A DNA stretch of 64,000 bases from the human T2T-CHM13v2.0 reference genome, Homo sapiens. Positions 27,819-45,327 of the stretch are shown here, one piece after another. Within the stretch, counting starts at the first letter, position 1, and the number at the start of each line of letters is the position of its first letter. The notes under the pieces are model-generated. The model was not told the origin of the DNA. It was given only the letters and a program-made list of their open reading frames with translations, and made no database searches. The position numbers and the translations under genes are program-made. The DNA lies in the NCBI GenBank assembly GCA_009914755.4, contig CP068257.2, positions 27,520,001 through 27,584,000 on the forward strand, read 5' to 3'.

Positions 27819-29728
27819 CCTCTTATTTTTAAAGAATGAGAATAATCTGAGCTGGGAATGCAGCTCACATCACACATGAACATAGAAAGGGAAATGCACA
27901 AAGTGCGAGATGAAATCACTCACAAAGCTGATAGCATGAACTTCTAGATTCCCTGAATACCCTTCCAGTTCTAATTTCCTATGTTTTAATTCACTGGGAA
28001 TATATTCCTTAATTTCTCATAATTACAAACAAATGCTCCCTAGAAGAAAAATTTATGCTTAAGAGAGTATTCGGTTCCAGTGTTAAAATCATATCCTTTC
28101 ATTTTTCTCTGAAACTTTGAAAATGTCTCTGTTCAGTCCTTTGTGTGTACTTCTCAGGCAGTACTGAAGACAGAGAGATAAAAGGGGCGGTGCTGACACA
28201 CGTAGATGACTGGGGCTCTGACAATGACCGTGAGCTGATGACCTGAGTCACACAAACTGGAAAACAAAGTTTTTCCCTAAGGAGTTGGACTTTTAAAAAC
28301 TTTTTATTGGCTGCTTTTGGATTAAGGTGTTTAGGACCAGCATTATGAGCAGAAGGACTCAGTGTGTATGAAGAAGAAACCAAGTTTTTCTACAGCAGAA
28401 GAGGAGGAATTTGCCTTTGCAAAATGTTATACTGTTTTATCTGTCGCTGAACGTGTCTGGGCAGTGGCTGTTCTCCCAGGTCTGAGTCCTGAAAAGGGAA
28501 AGAGAAAGAGATTGTAGGACACGGTGAAATGATACACGAAACAGCGTTTCCCCAGCTTCTTATTTGCCTGCACATTTCTCATAAATGGAGTAAATGCTGA
28601 ACAAGCTGACTTTCTCCCATCATTCCTGTAAATAAGGATATGACTCACAGACCTTGCAATCTCTAAAATGCCATAGATACTACAGTGATTTGATTATTTA
28701 AAAATAGCTGGGGAAAAAAACAGCAAGAAATTGGTCCTGGGTAAGTTAGGATGAATTCTTTTCTGTTTGTTTTTGTTTATCATTTAAATTGTTATTGTAT
28801 CTCACCCTAAGTATTCTGACAACATCTAGTTTGCCAAACAAATCTTAGGGATTTATGAGTTCTGGAAACTAACAATATGAACGTGCTGGTCAGATCTCAG
28901 ATCCCAGGCAAATAAACCCAAAAAACAAAAAACAAAAGACAACAAGACACAAGGTTCACCATGGAGTCACTGTGATCTGCGGGCAACTATGGATTTGGTT
29001 ATATGATCTCCTTTTCTATAAAGTGGAGAGAGATAAGTGTTGACATCACTTAAATACGCTGAGCCCCACCCCCAAATAACACAAATGCTGGTAACAACAA
29101 TAATTTATATTAAGCCTACTGAACGGCTTTTGTTGATCTTTAACTAGCCTATCTAGAAATGGGAAACGAGTGACCTCTATTATTACTCAAGTGCTAAAAC
29201 TCCCCAAGTAGGACTGTTTGTCAAAACTAGGAGTGAGTTTGAGATTCAGGATTAAGGTTCAAGTAGGGAATCTCCATTTACCCTGCATCTCAGTCTTACA
29301 CTGTATTAGTCAGGGTCTTGGGAGGAAAGAGAAGCACACTTAAGAAGGCATGATAAAAAGAGAATGAAGGGATTATTATAAAGTTAGAGGAAGAGTTAAG
29401 GGAAATAAGAAGGGTTGATGAGGTCCTTGGGGTGGCTGCTTCAGGGAAGTCTTCTCTAGGCTTTCAAGGGCAAGCAAAGGACCACTGACATTCCTCACAA
29501 ACTTGCACTTTGGTGAGGGAGCCGGGCCACAGCTGACCTAGGGCTTAGCAGAAAATCTCTCTCTCCTTCTGTCCTTCCATCCTCTCCTGGTGGCTGCCAC
29601 TGGCCAAGCCCAACTACAAACGACAGAACAAGGGAGCTTGGTTGCTGGGGTCCATCATACAGCCAGTCTTTCAGGGTGCAGAGCAGGGTGAATGGGTGAA
29701 GAGTGGATCTGCAGGGGAACATGGATAG

Positions 29729-30120
<392 letters not shown>

Positions 30121-30232
30121 TGATTTTAATCATGGGATCTTGCCTAGTGGTAAAGCCCCATTAAATGTCTGGAAATCTGAATCAGAAGGATCAGCAACTG
30201 TTCTTCCCTAGGAATGGATCAAAGGTAGGTCC

Positions 30233-30672
30233 TATGGATACGGCTTGTCTGTCCCCACCAAAACTCATGTTGAAATTTGATCACGAATATGGTGGTGTTG
30301 AGAGGTGGGGTCTAGTGGGAGGTGTTTGGGCCAGGAGCATGGCCTTATGAATAATGCAGTTTTCCAGGTAGTGAGTTCTTGCTTTCGTGAGACTGCATTA
30401 GTTCTTGTGGGAATGGATTAGTTCCCTAAAGTGTGAGTTATTATAAAGCAAAGTTCCTGTTCCTGTTTGATCCTCTCTCTTCTCACTTGTCTGCTTCCCC
30501 TTTGACCTACTCTGCCCTGCAATGTTATGACACAGAAGAATGCCCTCACCAGAAGCCATGGCCATACTTTTGAACTTCTCACCCTGCAGAACCGTGGACT
30601 AGATACACTTCTTTCCTTTGTAAATTACCCAGTCTCATGTATTCTGTTATAGCAAGACAAAATGGACTAAGA
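30233..30672 (+). mobile_element. MaLR LTR (MST/THE1-like), solo
   Basis: ...gtctgtccccaccaaaactcatgttgaaatttgatcacgaatatggtggtgttgagaggtggggtctagtgggaggtgtttgggcc...cctttgtaaattacccagtctcatgtattctgttatagcaagacaaaatggactaagaca. Confidence 0.7.
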
Positions 30673-30675
30673 CAG

Positions 30676-30850
30676 TAGGGTTGCCAGGGAAAAGACAGGC
30701 ATCCAGTTAAAATTGAATTTCAGAAATTAGATAAACTTTTTTTTTCAGTATAAGTATATCCCAAATATTGCATGGGAGGTACTTAAAGAGTTGTTGTTCA
30801 TTTGAAATTCAATTTTAACTGGGCATCCCGTATTTTTATAAATATGGTAA
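30676..30850. mobile_element. Palindromic MITE-like nonautonomous DNA transposon (family shared with 36805-36985)
   Basis: gggttgccagggaaaagacaggcatccagttaaaattgaatttcagaaattagataaac ... ttcatttgaaattcaattttaactgggcatcccgtattttta forms terminal inverted repeats; family name not assigned from memory. Confidence 0.5.
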
Positions 30851-32189
30851 TTCTAAGGGCACTTCCTTCTCACTAAAGATACTAGAATTAGAATTTGAAT
30901 ATGGTATAGCATTTCTGAAACCTTGTTCTTTCAACACCAATTTTTGAAATGTTAAGTATTTCCAAACAAATGAACAAAAAAACAAACTAAACACTGTTTC
31001 ATAGTCAAAGAAGTTAAAAAAACAGTGGATTAAAATAAAGTTAAATAGTTCTCACAGCTTTAGGATTTCTCCTGGGACTTAATGCTAACATGCATTGTGA
31101 CAACAATGATAGTGTTTTTCCTTGCTTTATTTGAAAACCATCACAACAAAGAAACGGCCCAATATTCTTCTGTTTCAGTGTGACCATAGGTTTCCATTGA
31201 AATGCAGTTTAAATTTTAAAAAGTCATTTTGGTGTCTATTATGTTAAAGTAAAATTTTACTATTACCAAAGTAAAATTTTACTATTACCTCAATCTTGCT
31301 TTAAGACTAAATTTATATTTATAAAGATGTTTTAAAGCTCTCTATAAATGTTTGCAAAGTAATAGCATTGTATTTAATAAGCTATTAAATTGTTCACTTG
31401 ATACTGGTTTTGCTAAGCTTAATATGAAGAATCAATTAAAACCAAATTATCATCTAAGCAGGGACAATCCTAGATTATTCAGAGAGAAAAATGAGGATAA
31501 AAACATTAGCTCTGTCTGCTTCTCAAGGTTATTTTTGGAAAGAAATGAAGTAATGTTGTGAAAGGCTGTGCAAATATTACTGCAAGGATACAAATTACCC
31601 TCCCTGTAGAGTGGATGGGCTTTTCACAATTTTCTCCCTTTCTGGTCATACGTATTTTATCTAATTTGTTGTCCAGTCTGTAATTCTACCCTGTTGTGTG
31701 CAGTGGGAGTGAAAGGGAGGTACATGAATTAGGATTAGAATTGCTTGTGAAGGACAGAAACCTGCCAAATAACGGTGCCTTAAACAAGGTGGAAGTTTCC
31801 TTTTCTCTCATGCAAAAGACTGGGATGTGTAGTCCTGGGCTGAAATAGAGGCTCTTCTCCATCAAATCTCCAAGGCTTCAAACTTCTTTGCCATTATTGA
31901 GCAATGTTTCTCAATCTCATGGTCCAAGATGGCGGTATATATATTCCAGGCAACCAGAGAAGGAAGGAACAAAGAAGTGGCTGAGGCAGTGGGGTGGCTG
32001 GCTGTCCTGGAAGCTGGCACAAGATGCTTTCAGTTACATGCTTGAAATGGTTAATTTTATGTATCAAGTTGACTGGGCCACAGGATGCCCAGATATTTGG
32101 TCAACCAGTATTCTGCATATGTCTGTGAGAGTATTTTTGGATGCGAATAACGATTGAATCGGCAGACTGAAAAAAGCATATTTTCCATC

Positions 32190-32478
32190 CTAATGTGGGT
32201 GGGCCTCATCCAATCTACTAAAGACCTGAAGAGAACAAAAGGTTGACCCTCCTACAAGTAAGAGAGAACTCCTCCTGCCTGACTGCCTTGACCCTGAGAC
32301 ATGGGCTCTTTTTTGCCTTCAGTCTCAAACTAAAATATTGGTCTCTTCCTGGATCTTGAGCCTGCCAGCCTTTGGATTGGAACTACACCATGGCTCTTCT
32401 GGGCCTCCTGCTTGCTGGCTGCAGATTTTGGTACCTGTCAGCCTTCATAATCTCATGAGTCAATTCCTTATTGTATAT
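32190..32478. mobile_element. Ancient LTR/MER-type repeat fragment
   Basis: tgtgggtgggcctcatccaatctactaaagacctgaagagaacaaaaggttgaccctcc...gactgccttgaccctgagacatgggctctttttt...ggattggaactacaccatggctcttctgggcctcc..., common interspersed-repeat consensus-like text; weak call. Confidence 0.35.
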
Positions 32479-32481
32479 TGA

Positions 32482-32482
<1 letters not shown>

Positions 32483-32537
<55 letters not shown>
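32483..32537. repeat. (TATC)n tetranucleotide microsatellite (about 13 units)
   Basis: atctatctatctatctatc... Confidence 0.85.
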
Positions 32538-32963
32538 ATTGATAACCTCTCTATCTATTGGTTCTGTTTCTCTGGACAATGCTGACTAATACAATCCTAT
32601 TGTCTGGAACTTAGTATGCAAGAAAGAGAGTGAGTATATGGGGTGAAATGTATAGGAGTGGAGCTAAAAGACTTTGCTGCAGGAGAGGAGTTCAAGTCAT
32701 TGAGGGCAGTTATGAGTCAGCAATAATGTTGGTGCAGTATTTTATTTCAGGAGTCAATTAAAAGTATTGTCATTTTAGCAGTTTATGTCTTCCATTTATC
32801 AAATTGAGTATAGTGCCTTCCTCTGTCCTACCAGATGAAAGTTTATGAAAGATACTAATCATTTCCAAATTCCTTCATTTTTACTATCTATCCAGATTAT
32901 TTTAAATACAGTATCTCTATAAATAGCACTTTGTCCATTGATATATGTTTGTGTTTACATGAT

Positions 32964-32986
32964 TGTGTGTGTGTGTGTGTGTGTGC
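32964..32986. repeat. (GT)n dinucleotide microsatellite
   Basis: tgtgtgtgtgtgtgtgtgtgtg. Confidence 0.8.
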
Positions 32987-35004
32987 ACGTGCAAAACATG
33001 GAAATAGGATATTTGGTCTACCTTAATCCCTGGAATGGAAGTAATGGTGATTACTTTTGTATAGCAAGTAATAAACTCCCAAATGGTTGGCATTTCCTTT
33101 TTCTTATACTAGACAGAGTCAAAGGTGAAGGATGATAAAGAAAAGTTTTGACAATAGTGCCAAATTACCTTCCTCAGTTCCTAGATTGGGGATTTTCAAT
33201 CTAGGGGCAGATGTCACTATAATATAAGAGGTCTAGTCCTTGATTTCAGAAGCAGCTATCCAAGCTCTTATAAGAACTGATGATAGGAACTTGTCTCTCT
33301 TCTCAAGTTCTGTACAACAACCACTTATCCATAGCTCTTGATGGTTACTGCTCAGCCATTTCTTGCCAGCTGTTCTTTCCATGTGCAGGGAGAGCACGGG
33401 AGTATGGAGCCTCAGTTTGGTTTGCTATTGTCAGGACATCAAACTAATCATTAGGTAGAAAGTTGAATAAACATTTACTTTTGACTTTTAAATGCTTACT
33501 TCAGAAAGTTTTACTTAGCGGCAAGACCAACTACATAATTTGCGGGGCCCAGTGCAGTGTGAAAATTTGGGGTCCATTTTTGCAAAAAATATTAAGAATC
33601 TCAAGATAGTGACAGAGCTTTAAGGCCAATTCAGGCTCCTCCTGCGTGCAGGACTCTGTGTAACTACACAGGTAGCACAGCTAGGATGCAGACGCTGCTC
33701 AATGTTATACATTTAGTACTTTGATGTCCCTGAATTCCTTACAAAACTCTTACTTCCTCCCCTCCCCACCCAAGTCCCCAGCTCTTCTGTTTTTTTCCAA
33801 AACTTTACTTGTGTACAACACTATGAAACATGACAGGGTCTGATGAGAAAGTATTAATTGGCTTTAACCTAGTTTTTTTTCATTTTTATTTCTGAATATC
33901 AGCACTCATAGCCCTTTTCCCTATTTTCTGACTTACCCTAATACAACTCCATATCGTACAAAGCTTCATAGTCCTGTATATGCATGTGGTGAACATTTGT
34001 GTGGCTATTTGCAGCTGATGGATTAGTATCCATAAGTTGAGAGGATTCTTCAAAGGTCCTGAGATTGAATATGAAAAAATGACCTGTAAGAATTAAGTCA
34101 TCCACATGTAGCACAGATGGACGAATTACCAAGGGAGATGGCATATATCTGGATCACAAAAGACTTATAAGGCAAATTAAAGGCATGTATTCTCATCAAA
34201 GTAACCTCTGATTGCTTTATTTCCTGGAATACTCTATTATCGGTGTCAGGGTTCTCCAGAGAAACAAAATCAATAGGATGTATATAAATTTCCTGTATGG
34301 AATATGGTTTGGTTATGTAGGAAGTGCAGAAGGATGAGTGAGTGGAATTACATGTGAGGAATTGGCTCCCATGATTATGAAAGTGGGCAAGTTCAAAGAT
34401 CTGGAGGTGAGTCAGCAAGCTTGGCTAGAGACCCACTTGGCAGGCTCAAGACTGAGGAGGAGCTGATGTCCCAGTTTGAAGGTAGCCAGGCAGCAAGAAT
34501 TCTCTCTTACTTAGGGGACAGTAGTCTTTTTGTTTTATTCAGGCCTTCAAATGATTGGATGAGGCCTGCGCACACTGGAAAGGCCAATCTGTTTTATTTG
34601 GTCTGCCTGTTTAAATGCCAGTCTCACTCAACAACACTCCCAAGAAACACCCACAATAATGTTTGACCGAATACCTGGAGACCCCATGGCCCAGTCAAGT
34701 TGACACATGAAATTAAGGTACCACAGATATCCTATTGTCACAAACTCTGTATAGCACTTAAAATTCCTGGTTTCATGCTTGGTACAGAAAGTTAGCTACT
34801 GTTCATCATTTGTTTAATTCTACACGTGGCCATAACTTAAGATTAATTATAACAAAGTTTAATTAGAACGAAAGATGTAATTAGATGTAAATTCTTGCAT
34901 CAAGTGGTTGCTTTGTGCTAGGCACAGGTTAGGACTGCAAAGATGACTACAAATGGCTGATTACTACAAAGGACATTGTAGTAATTTTATTTTTATTTTT
35001 ATTA

Positions 35005-35464
<460 letters not shown>

Positions 35465-36135
35465 TAGGAAATGCAGAAGACTGAGTGAGTGGAATTACTC
35501 AAAAGTGGATCAGAAAGCAGTTATGGTCATAGACATCAGCCTCAGTGGGGCAACAGGAGTTGGAAGGAGTAAACTGAGGGAAAAAATCAGTAGAATACTG
35601 GATGGAGCAGACAGAGTGAGACTGAATGGGAGAAGGGTGAGGTGGGCTGAGACAGCTGGTCACATTCAGCTCTAAATTCTTGAAGAAGTAGTTTAGACTA
35701 CACCAAGGATGGGGGATAAAACCCAGCCTAGAGCTCAGAGAAGGTGGATGTGGCACGGGAAATAAGAATTGTCATTGTTGAATTCCTTGAGAAAAAAATG
35801 TGAAGAAGAGGCTTGAGGCCTCAAAGACATTGCATGCATGAGTCAGAACAAGCTTGAACTACAAGGAAGATTTGATTAATGAATCAAATATTAATGCCAC
35901 ATTTTCTCTTATTTCAAGTGTTTTTTTTTCCAACTATTATCTCTGTGTAGAATGTCTTCGCTCTCTGCCATCACCTTATTATTAATAACTCCTATTAACT
36001 CTTAGGTCTCAGCCTTGCTGTTACTTCCTCCCCAGAAGTCTCCTTTAACCCCTAAAGACTGGGCTTGGTGCTTTTCTCCTGTGTTCTCAAGTCACCCTAC
36101 TCTAGAACTATGTCACTGATTTAAATTGCTTTCTG

Positions 36136-36506
<371 letters not shown>

Positions 36507-36804
36507 CTATTTCTTGTTTAAAGTCGTATCCCCAGAAACTATAAGCTTAGTAGATATTTGCTATGTGAAAGAAGGAATGAAAGAATGAATGAGGACTTGA
36601 TTCCTGTACTCCCAACAACATTTAAGACACTGTGCTGAGTATTCAGTAAGGAAGCATCAGGAAGGGTGAGGTAGAGGTGGTAGTGAAACCAAAAAATTGA
36701 ACACTGTTCCTGGCTTCAGAGAACATGTAGTCTATTAACAATTGTGAATAATGGTGTAATACAAGACACATGACATAATACAGTACTACAACACAAGACA
36801 AGAG

Positions 36805-36985
36805 AATAGGATTGCCATATTTAGCAAATAAAAATACAGGATGCCCAGTTAAATTTGAATTTCAGGTAAGCAACAAATAGTATGTATATATCTCATGGAC
36901 TATTTGGGAGATACTAATACTAAAAATTATTCATTGCTTTTTAAAATTCAAATTTGATTGGATAGCCTATATTTTAGCAACCCTC
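36805..36985. mobile_element. Palindromic MITE-like nonautonomous DNA transposon (same family as 30676-30850)
   Basis: ggattgccatatttagcaaataaaaatacaggatgcccagttaaatttgaatttcag ... aaaattcaaatttgattggatagcctatattttagcaaccct. Confidence 0.5.
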
Positions 36986-38284
36986 AGTGAGAAGAACTGG
37001 AGCTGTAAGAGATTGCTTTTGTTTTTGTTTTTTCATTTTTTCAGGGATGGAATGGAGGTCTTGGAGAAAGGTAAATGATTTGGGAAATGTTTTCCGGAAA
37101 AGATAGGAACAGAGTTGAGTTGCAAAGATCACAAGACAAAATGTGAGGAGGTGCAGTTCTGGTAGAAGAAACCTCAGATGAAAAGGTGATACTGTGGCAG
37201 GATCAGAGACTGGCTGACATCTGGTTTGGCCAGAGTGTGAAAGGGTGTTGAGAAACCCAACTACAGGGTTGGGCAGGGCCTGGTGACTCCATATGTTCCA
37301 AAGCCTCAGTCTCCTGGGCACCCTGCCCCCTTCGCCTTGGCCACGTTTTGTGAACAAGCAGAACTAGATCTTGCTGCCTGGGCAAATGTTTCATCCTTAC
37401 CTAGTTAATTAGGCTTGAACATTAGTTTCTCTCTGGAAATAGTGAAGAAGAAACACCAGGAGCATTTTGCAAGGGTCATACATTGCTCAATGTTTGCATT
37501 TTTTCAAAAACACTGGTGTCAAAACAGCATGTCCAGCAAAGTTGAGGGAAAAGTGAAAACTAATGATGACTTATCAAAACAAGATGTGATGGTGTGGGAA
37601 ATGCTACTAACTTCTACAGCATTTGTAATTTTCGTCTTTCTCTTCTGTTATAACATATGTTTAGCATTATATAGTAAATATAGAATAAAACAGATACAAG
37701 TAGCTTATTTGTAATCTAAGAAGAGGGGGAAATGTTTAGATAATAAAGTTGGGCACCTACTGTGTTCCAGGTGGCAACATATGTTATTTCTCTTAATCTT
37801 CATAACAATACTATAATACTATGGTATATACTATGATGATTTTAATGTGCATCTTGCTGAATTTCACAATGTTTATTTGCTCATCTATGATCACTCAACT
37901 AGCAATTGGTTATTTTGAAATTCAAATCTGGTTTGACTTCAACATCTATATTGTTTCCATTTACCACACCTATAGATAGGTACTCACAGATAAACAATAA
38001 TTATGGTGCAGTTATGGCAGATACACTGTGGGAACAGACAGGAGGGAGCATTTAATTCTGTCTTGAGGACATCAAGGGTGGCTTTGGAAGGAGATGATGC
38101 TTGAGTGGTTATTGATGACAATGATCTCATTTTCTAATAAGGTTAATAACAGGCAATGCATGAAACATATTCACAAGTAAGATAAATATTAATAGTTTTA
38201 AAAACACATGTATTTCATCCTAATAAGCTCTCATTAGGTTTCTGTAACCTTTTATTAAATGTTCCACACTGATCACATTGATGA

Positions 38285-38638
<354 letters not shown>

Positions 38639-39282
38639 TAGTCATATTTATTAGATGGTCATTATTTATTAAATTAAATTAAATAATTAAATATTCATTA
38701 AATCATTAAAACCTTCAGCTACTTATATGATTATAGTTTGGTGCTGTTTTTGCAAAGACACTACACATTCACATAGAAATATGTCTAAAACTTTTTTATA
38801 ATTCTATAAACTACATGAATGGTTATACAGTTGAGTTGACTAAATTCCTCCCACATAATTATTTCAATTACATAAAATATTACTTACATAACTGGAATGG
38901 TATTATAGCTATAAAATACTCAAGTCTGTAGTTACATAAAATTAAATTCAGTAAAAAGAAAGGCCTAAAATTTTAGCAACATACTCTCTAGAGAAAAGCT
39001 GCTAAACAGTTGTGTTTCTATAAGTTTTAAAATACAATTGTAAAAATAAAAACTAAAAACAAAATTTTTCAAAATTTTGCTTTCTCAAAAGACATTAGCC
39101 AAATTTTAATAAAAACATTGAAGAGTTTGTTTTGCATACACTCCGATGAGATGAACTAATATTATCATCCCCTTTTAAACCAAATTTTGTTTGCAAATCT
39201 TCTCTCCAAGAAGCCCCCTAAACAGATCTTACTTTCCTTTTGGTAATGCTTACTTATGATCTGTTGGCAACTTATTCGTATT

Positions 39283-39960
39283 GTTACAGGTAGTTAGATA
39301 GGCATGAGTGGGGCAGGAGAGCGCTCTTCCCCCACCCACTAGGAATGTCCGGGGATGGTTTGACAATTATCACACTGCCTCTCTAGCAATGATAATTCAG
39401 CAGCCTGTGCCAGGGAGAGACAATCTCCTGATGATCCACAGCTGTTAACATTAAAGTGTTAATTGAATGCAGATGCCAGGGAAAGCAGCCTCCTGGGCAT
39501 GTACCGTAAGAGACAAGTTGGCGGAGTATGACCTTTTGGGGACACTCCATCGGAAAAAAGGGAAGGAAGGATCAGACGCGGCTGTATACAACTTCTTAAA
39601 CTCACTGTGTGCTCAATTCCCAGAAGTAAGGAGGGCACTGCGCATGCGGGAAGCCCACCCTAAGGGAGGGATTATGGGAAAGAGGCAAGCCTGTAAAGCC
39701 CGAGGATCAAGGTTAAACGCTCTCTTTTTGACCTTCAGGCACCCTCTTGGGTCTTTTACAAGTGAACTTTCTTTCCTGTTTTAAAGCCTTTTAAATAAAC
39801 TTCCACTCCTGTGCTGAAACTTGCCTTAGTCTTTTTTTCTGCTTTATGCCCCTCAGTCGAATTCTTTCATCTGAGGAGGCAAGAATTGAAGTTGCTGCAG
39901 ACGCCTGTGGATTCACCACAAGTACATTGGAGTAACCACTGGGAACAACAGGTTGCCTTA
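39283..39960. mobile_element. LTR-like segment (possible solo ERV LTR) with AATAAA signal
   Basis: ...ttttaaagccttttaaataaacttccactcctgtgctgaaacttgcc...; U3-R-U5-like organisation; family not identified; weak. Confidence 0.3.
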
Positions 39961-39980
39961 GAAGCTTTGCAGGTTGTTTT

Positions 39981-40303
<323 letters not shown>

Positions 40304-43229
40304 CTTGCAAGTTGTTTTTTGTTGAACAGAAGAAGCTATTCAAAAATGTCCAGGACTCTGTTATTTATTCAGCAAGCTTACAAAGCCATCTTTGATTGAC
40401 TGATTCTTTGACAATGACTATCTGGATGACACAGGAAGGATGCAATTCTGGCCTTGGAGAGAAAACTTGCAAGGAAAGGAACATGTTTGAATTTCAGATG
40501 TGTTCCTCAATGAATCACGTAAGTTTGCTGTTTATATTCATTAAAGAATACGTTTTAAATGAGGATAAAATTACAACTTTCATACAATATAAAATAAATG
40601 TGTCGGATTTAACTCAGGAATTAATAAGGTGATAAATAGATGTTGCAAGGAGTTCAAAAGAGAACCACACATTTATGGTTAAATAAGGAATGTGAAATGA
40701 ATTTACAAACAAATGCAAAACTGGCAAAACTGGTCAATATCCACACAAACCCAGTTTGCATTTTCATGGACAGAGATTATTTGCATTCCAATCAATTTTC
40801 TCCAAGGTAACTTCTGTGTCTAAAGAGTTGTGAAATAGCCCAATCAGAGGCAAACAAAGGCACAGATAACCCAGACGGATGAGCTAGACAAAGCATTTCA
40901 CCTTTTTTCTCTACGTATTCTTTCTTTACCAGGGTGATTTTGGTGCATCTGACACCTTTTCAATGATTAATAAATCAAGATCCAGAAATTAGTGAATAAA
41001 ATTAAGTATTGGGGGCTGTAGGGGGAAAACATTTCTCTCTACTCTGCATATCTTTTAGCTGGGGCAGACCGCCGCAACAAAAGACTGATTAACGAGGGAA
41101 AAAAGGACGTTTCATAACGTGTATCTTCTGTATACCTGGGAGAAACTTAGAGAAATGAGCAAATCTCAAAGACATGGCTTTGAATTCAGGCTTAAATCCT
41201 ATCTTCCACTGAAACAAAGACAGAAGGGTGAGGGGAAGGCCAGTTATGGTGAGACGCCCAGGAAAACACAGTAAGCAAAGGTCAAGTTTGTTATGCAGAT
41301 CTAAGTTGGTGCCTTCTCCACTGAGTCTCTAATGATTTAGTCATCCTTCTCATCCTGGTACAGAGAGGAAGACACTTACAAATGGAGATTTCCTTTACAG
41401 ATATACATTTTTCTTACAAAAGGGTAACTTTTACTCTGTTTTCAGAGCTTCTCCTGTGTCTGCAATTTCTCAAAATACCTCAAAATAATCCTTATGCCAA
41501 ACAGGCATATTTTCATCTCCTACAGGTCAAAGATATTCACATTCAAGAGTTTGGGAATGAAATTCATTTTGGATAATAATATAAAAATCAAGGTTTCTTT
41601 TGAGGGCATGGCGTTAACTAATTACAATTTGACACAAAAATGGAACTGTCATTCTATTTTCTGTACATGGTCCATGAAATACAACATGAGAATTTGGAAT
41701 GATTTGGGTCAGTTATCCAACTACCAGCAATCTCCTTGTAACTCACAGATCCCCCTCTATAATAATCACAATGATAATAACAGCAATAATAATAAAAACT
41801 ATGACACCTGAGTCTTATTGATCCCTTAACAGGTGCCAGACGCCGTGCTAGGTGTTTTAGCTATAATTTCTTAAATTGAATTTCCATAATAGCATATACA
41901 GTGGATGTAATTATGCTAATTTGTGAAATAGCAGTTCATGCCTTCCTTCCTCTCAGCCCCTCTTTTCAATAAAGTAAAAAAAATTTAAGCAAACAAGTTT
42001 CATTGAATGATCTCGATTATAGTATTTCAAAAGCGTGGTTCAGGGAACTAAACAGCCATCCTTCTTTGGCTATGGTTTCCTCAACAACTTGGCTTCTTTC
42101 CCCTCAGTTTGAAAAGTTATATATAACTTTATGTAATCACTGATGTTTAATTTCTGTGAAATGCTTTAAAAAGCTCACAAGATATAAAACTCTCATTTAT
42201 TCCCCTTTTTATAAGTGGAAAGACTTGAAGAGGACTTGAGTCCTTTGCTTTTACAGAGTTAGGGTCTAGAGCTGTTGACTTCTAGCCATTCAGAGAGAAA
42301 ACATCTGAAAGAGTTATGCAGTGAAATCACAAAGCAAACATTGTTTGGGGAACTAAGATAGTATCTAGACTACACACACTGAAAAGCGAATTTATGTCCA
42401 CACTTATTTTCTTCTTTGCACTCCTCTCTCTCCTTTCTTCTTCGTCTCTGTTCTCTTTATCCACTTCATATGCTGCAAGAGACATTTAGTACCTGACTAC
42501 ACAAAAAGAAATGTGCTGAGTTTGACTTTCTTTTTTGCATACACTAGGGAACTAATTTTAGCGTATGTTGCATTCTTTTATAAATGACTTTTTTTTGGCT
42601 GTCTTAGAGTTCTAAACTCTCGCTATCGTGCTGTGCATTTTTATTTCCCTGCTTTGCACTGTGGCAGAAAGAAAGCAAAAAGCCATCACTACACTAGGGG
42701 CGCCCTCTAAATAAAGACGGCTTTCCCCAGGTCTGACTGTGACTTTCCCCCACCCCACTAATGGAAAGGGTTAGAAAAAGGAAGTAGCATGAGTCACTGC
42801 TATTGCCACACCCTCAGGAAAACCCCTGCTCCATCTTCCTCTTGTGCTACGATGACTCTTTCTAGCCAAGGTCCTGGGTCACAGGAGCAAAGTTTTCAAA
42901 ACATACTCATGAGTTTCTGGAGGAATGCAGTGTCGAACTGATTGACAACAACAAGAATCAAAACAAGGTTAGATACCAAAAAATAAAAATAAAAAATTAT
43001 TTGACTGAAAAATAGAAGAATGGGTCTGATCCAAACATTCATTTATGAGCTGGTTGTTTGAAAGTGAAAACGTAGTTTCCATTTTTTACATATACATCCT
43101 CGATGATTGTTAGGACTGCTAGACTATCCACTCAAGGCTATCCTACACCCAAATGGCTGAGGTGCGTGTAATATTGTTTCTGTGGGGAAGGTTCAGTTGG
43201 CTTTCCTGTTTGGTTACCAGGGACATATT

Positions 43230-43900
43230 TTCCCATCCTTCACCACGGTTCTAACAGCTGGTGGGGTGATGTTCCTTTAGCCATTTGGCTGGGCAATGAG
43301 AATAGGACTTCTGGAGACAAAAATACTTGCCACAGAGATAAATCTGGGAAGGAAGAGGGGAAAACCCTGATTTCTGTTGTGGAGGAGAGAAGGTAATTTT
43401 GATATGGACAGAAGACAGGGAAATATTGGGTAGAAGAGGGTGGTTCCCCGGCAAAGTCCCAACCCTCAAGCCTTGAGACCCGTGGCCGTAAGTGGGAACA
43501 GGCATTATGTGCCCCAAAAGTTGCCTTTTGGCTCGCCATGCCCCTCCATCCTGTACCCATATAAACCCTGAACCCCAGGCTCCAGAAGCAGATGAGCAGA
43601 TGAGGAGACAAGCAGACAAACAGCGCAGCAGAGAAAGAGAGAAGAGAAGGAACATCTGAACGCTGAGAGGAGCTCAGCTGGGGGTGGTTGGAGGGGAGTT
43701 TGACTGCTGGATGGCCAAACTCCAGGGGAAGATCATCTTCCCACTCCATCCTCCTCCCAGCTCCCCATCCATCCTGCTGAGAGCCACCTCCATCACTCAG
43801 TAAAACCCCACATTCATCCTTCAAGCCCGTGGGTCACCTGATTCTTCTGGGATGCTGAGCAAGAGCTAGGGATACAGAAAGCTGCCATACTGGTCCTCTG
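43230..43900. mobile_element. GC-richer LTR-like segment with TATA-like (catataaaccc) and poly(A)-signal-like (cagtaaaacc) motifs
   Basis: Non-Alu/L1, moderately GC-rich, with internally repeated ccatcct motifs; resembles a retroviral LTR but no family match recalled. Confidence 0.25.
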
Positions 43901-44269
43901 CCCTTGCAAAAAGGGGCCGCAGGCACCCACCCCTAGATACGGGGCTGGAGCCCAAGGCACTTGCCCCAGCTCCTACACCTGTCAGTCTGTGTGTTTCCCC
44001 TCCCATCAGGGGTTTGAGCAATGGTGACAACTGAAGAGCAGTGGTGTCGACTGAACAGGCGAGCCATACCTCTGTTGCATGTCCTGCGAGAGGGATCAGG
44101 AAACTTTCCCGTTTCAATCTGGGGCAACTGCCTGGGTCATTTCTGTCACTAGGGATGGGAAAATAGAGGAGAGGCAGGAGAAAATGTGGGGCAGTGGGAA
44201 GTGATGGTCTTGGTGAGGAACAAAATGAAAAGTCATACCTTCTAGGAGAGTGAGGACTGGTTTGCTGTC

Positions 44270-45327
<1,058 letters not shown>

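Noticed and set aside
28150-28270. Cluster of SP1-like (ggggcgg) and AP-1 (tgagtca) motifs
   Set aside because: These are isolated short motifs in unique sequence, and such hexamers occur by chance. I could see no supporting evidence, so this is mentioned only as a low-value observation.
43240-43824. 194-aa minus-strand ORF in a GC-richer region
   Set aside because: The sequence is low-complexity (S/P/L-rich) and overlaps an LTR-like segment. There is no Kozak or splice context and no codon-usage signal, so GC-richness alone explains the lack of stop codons.
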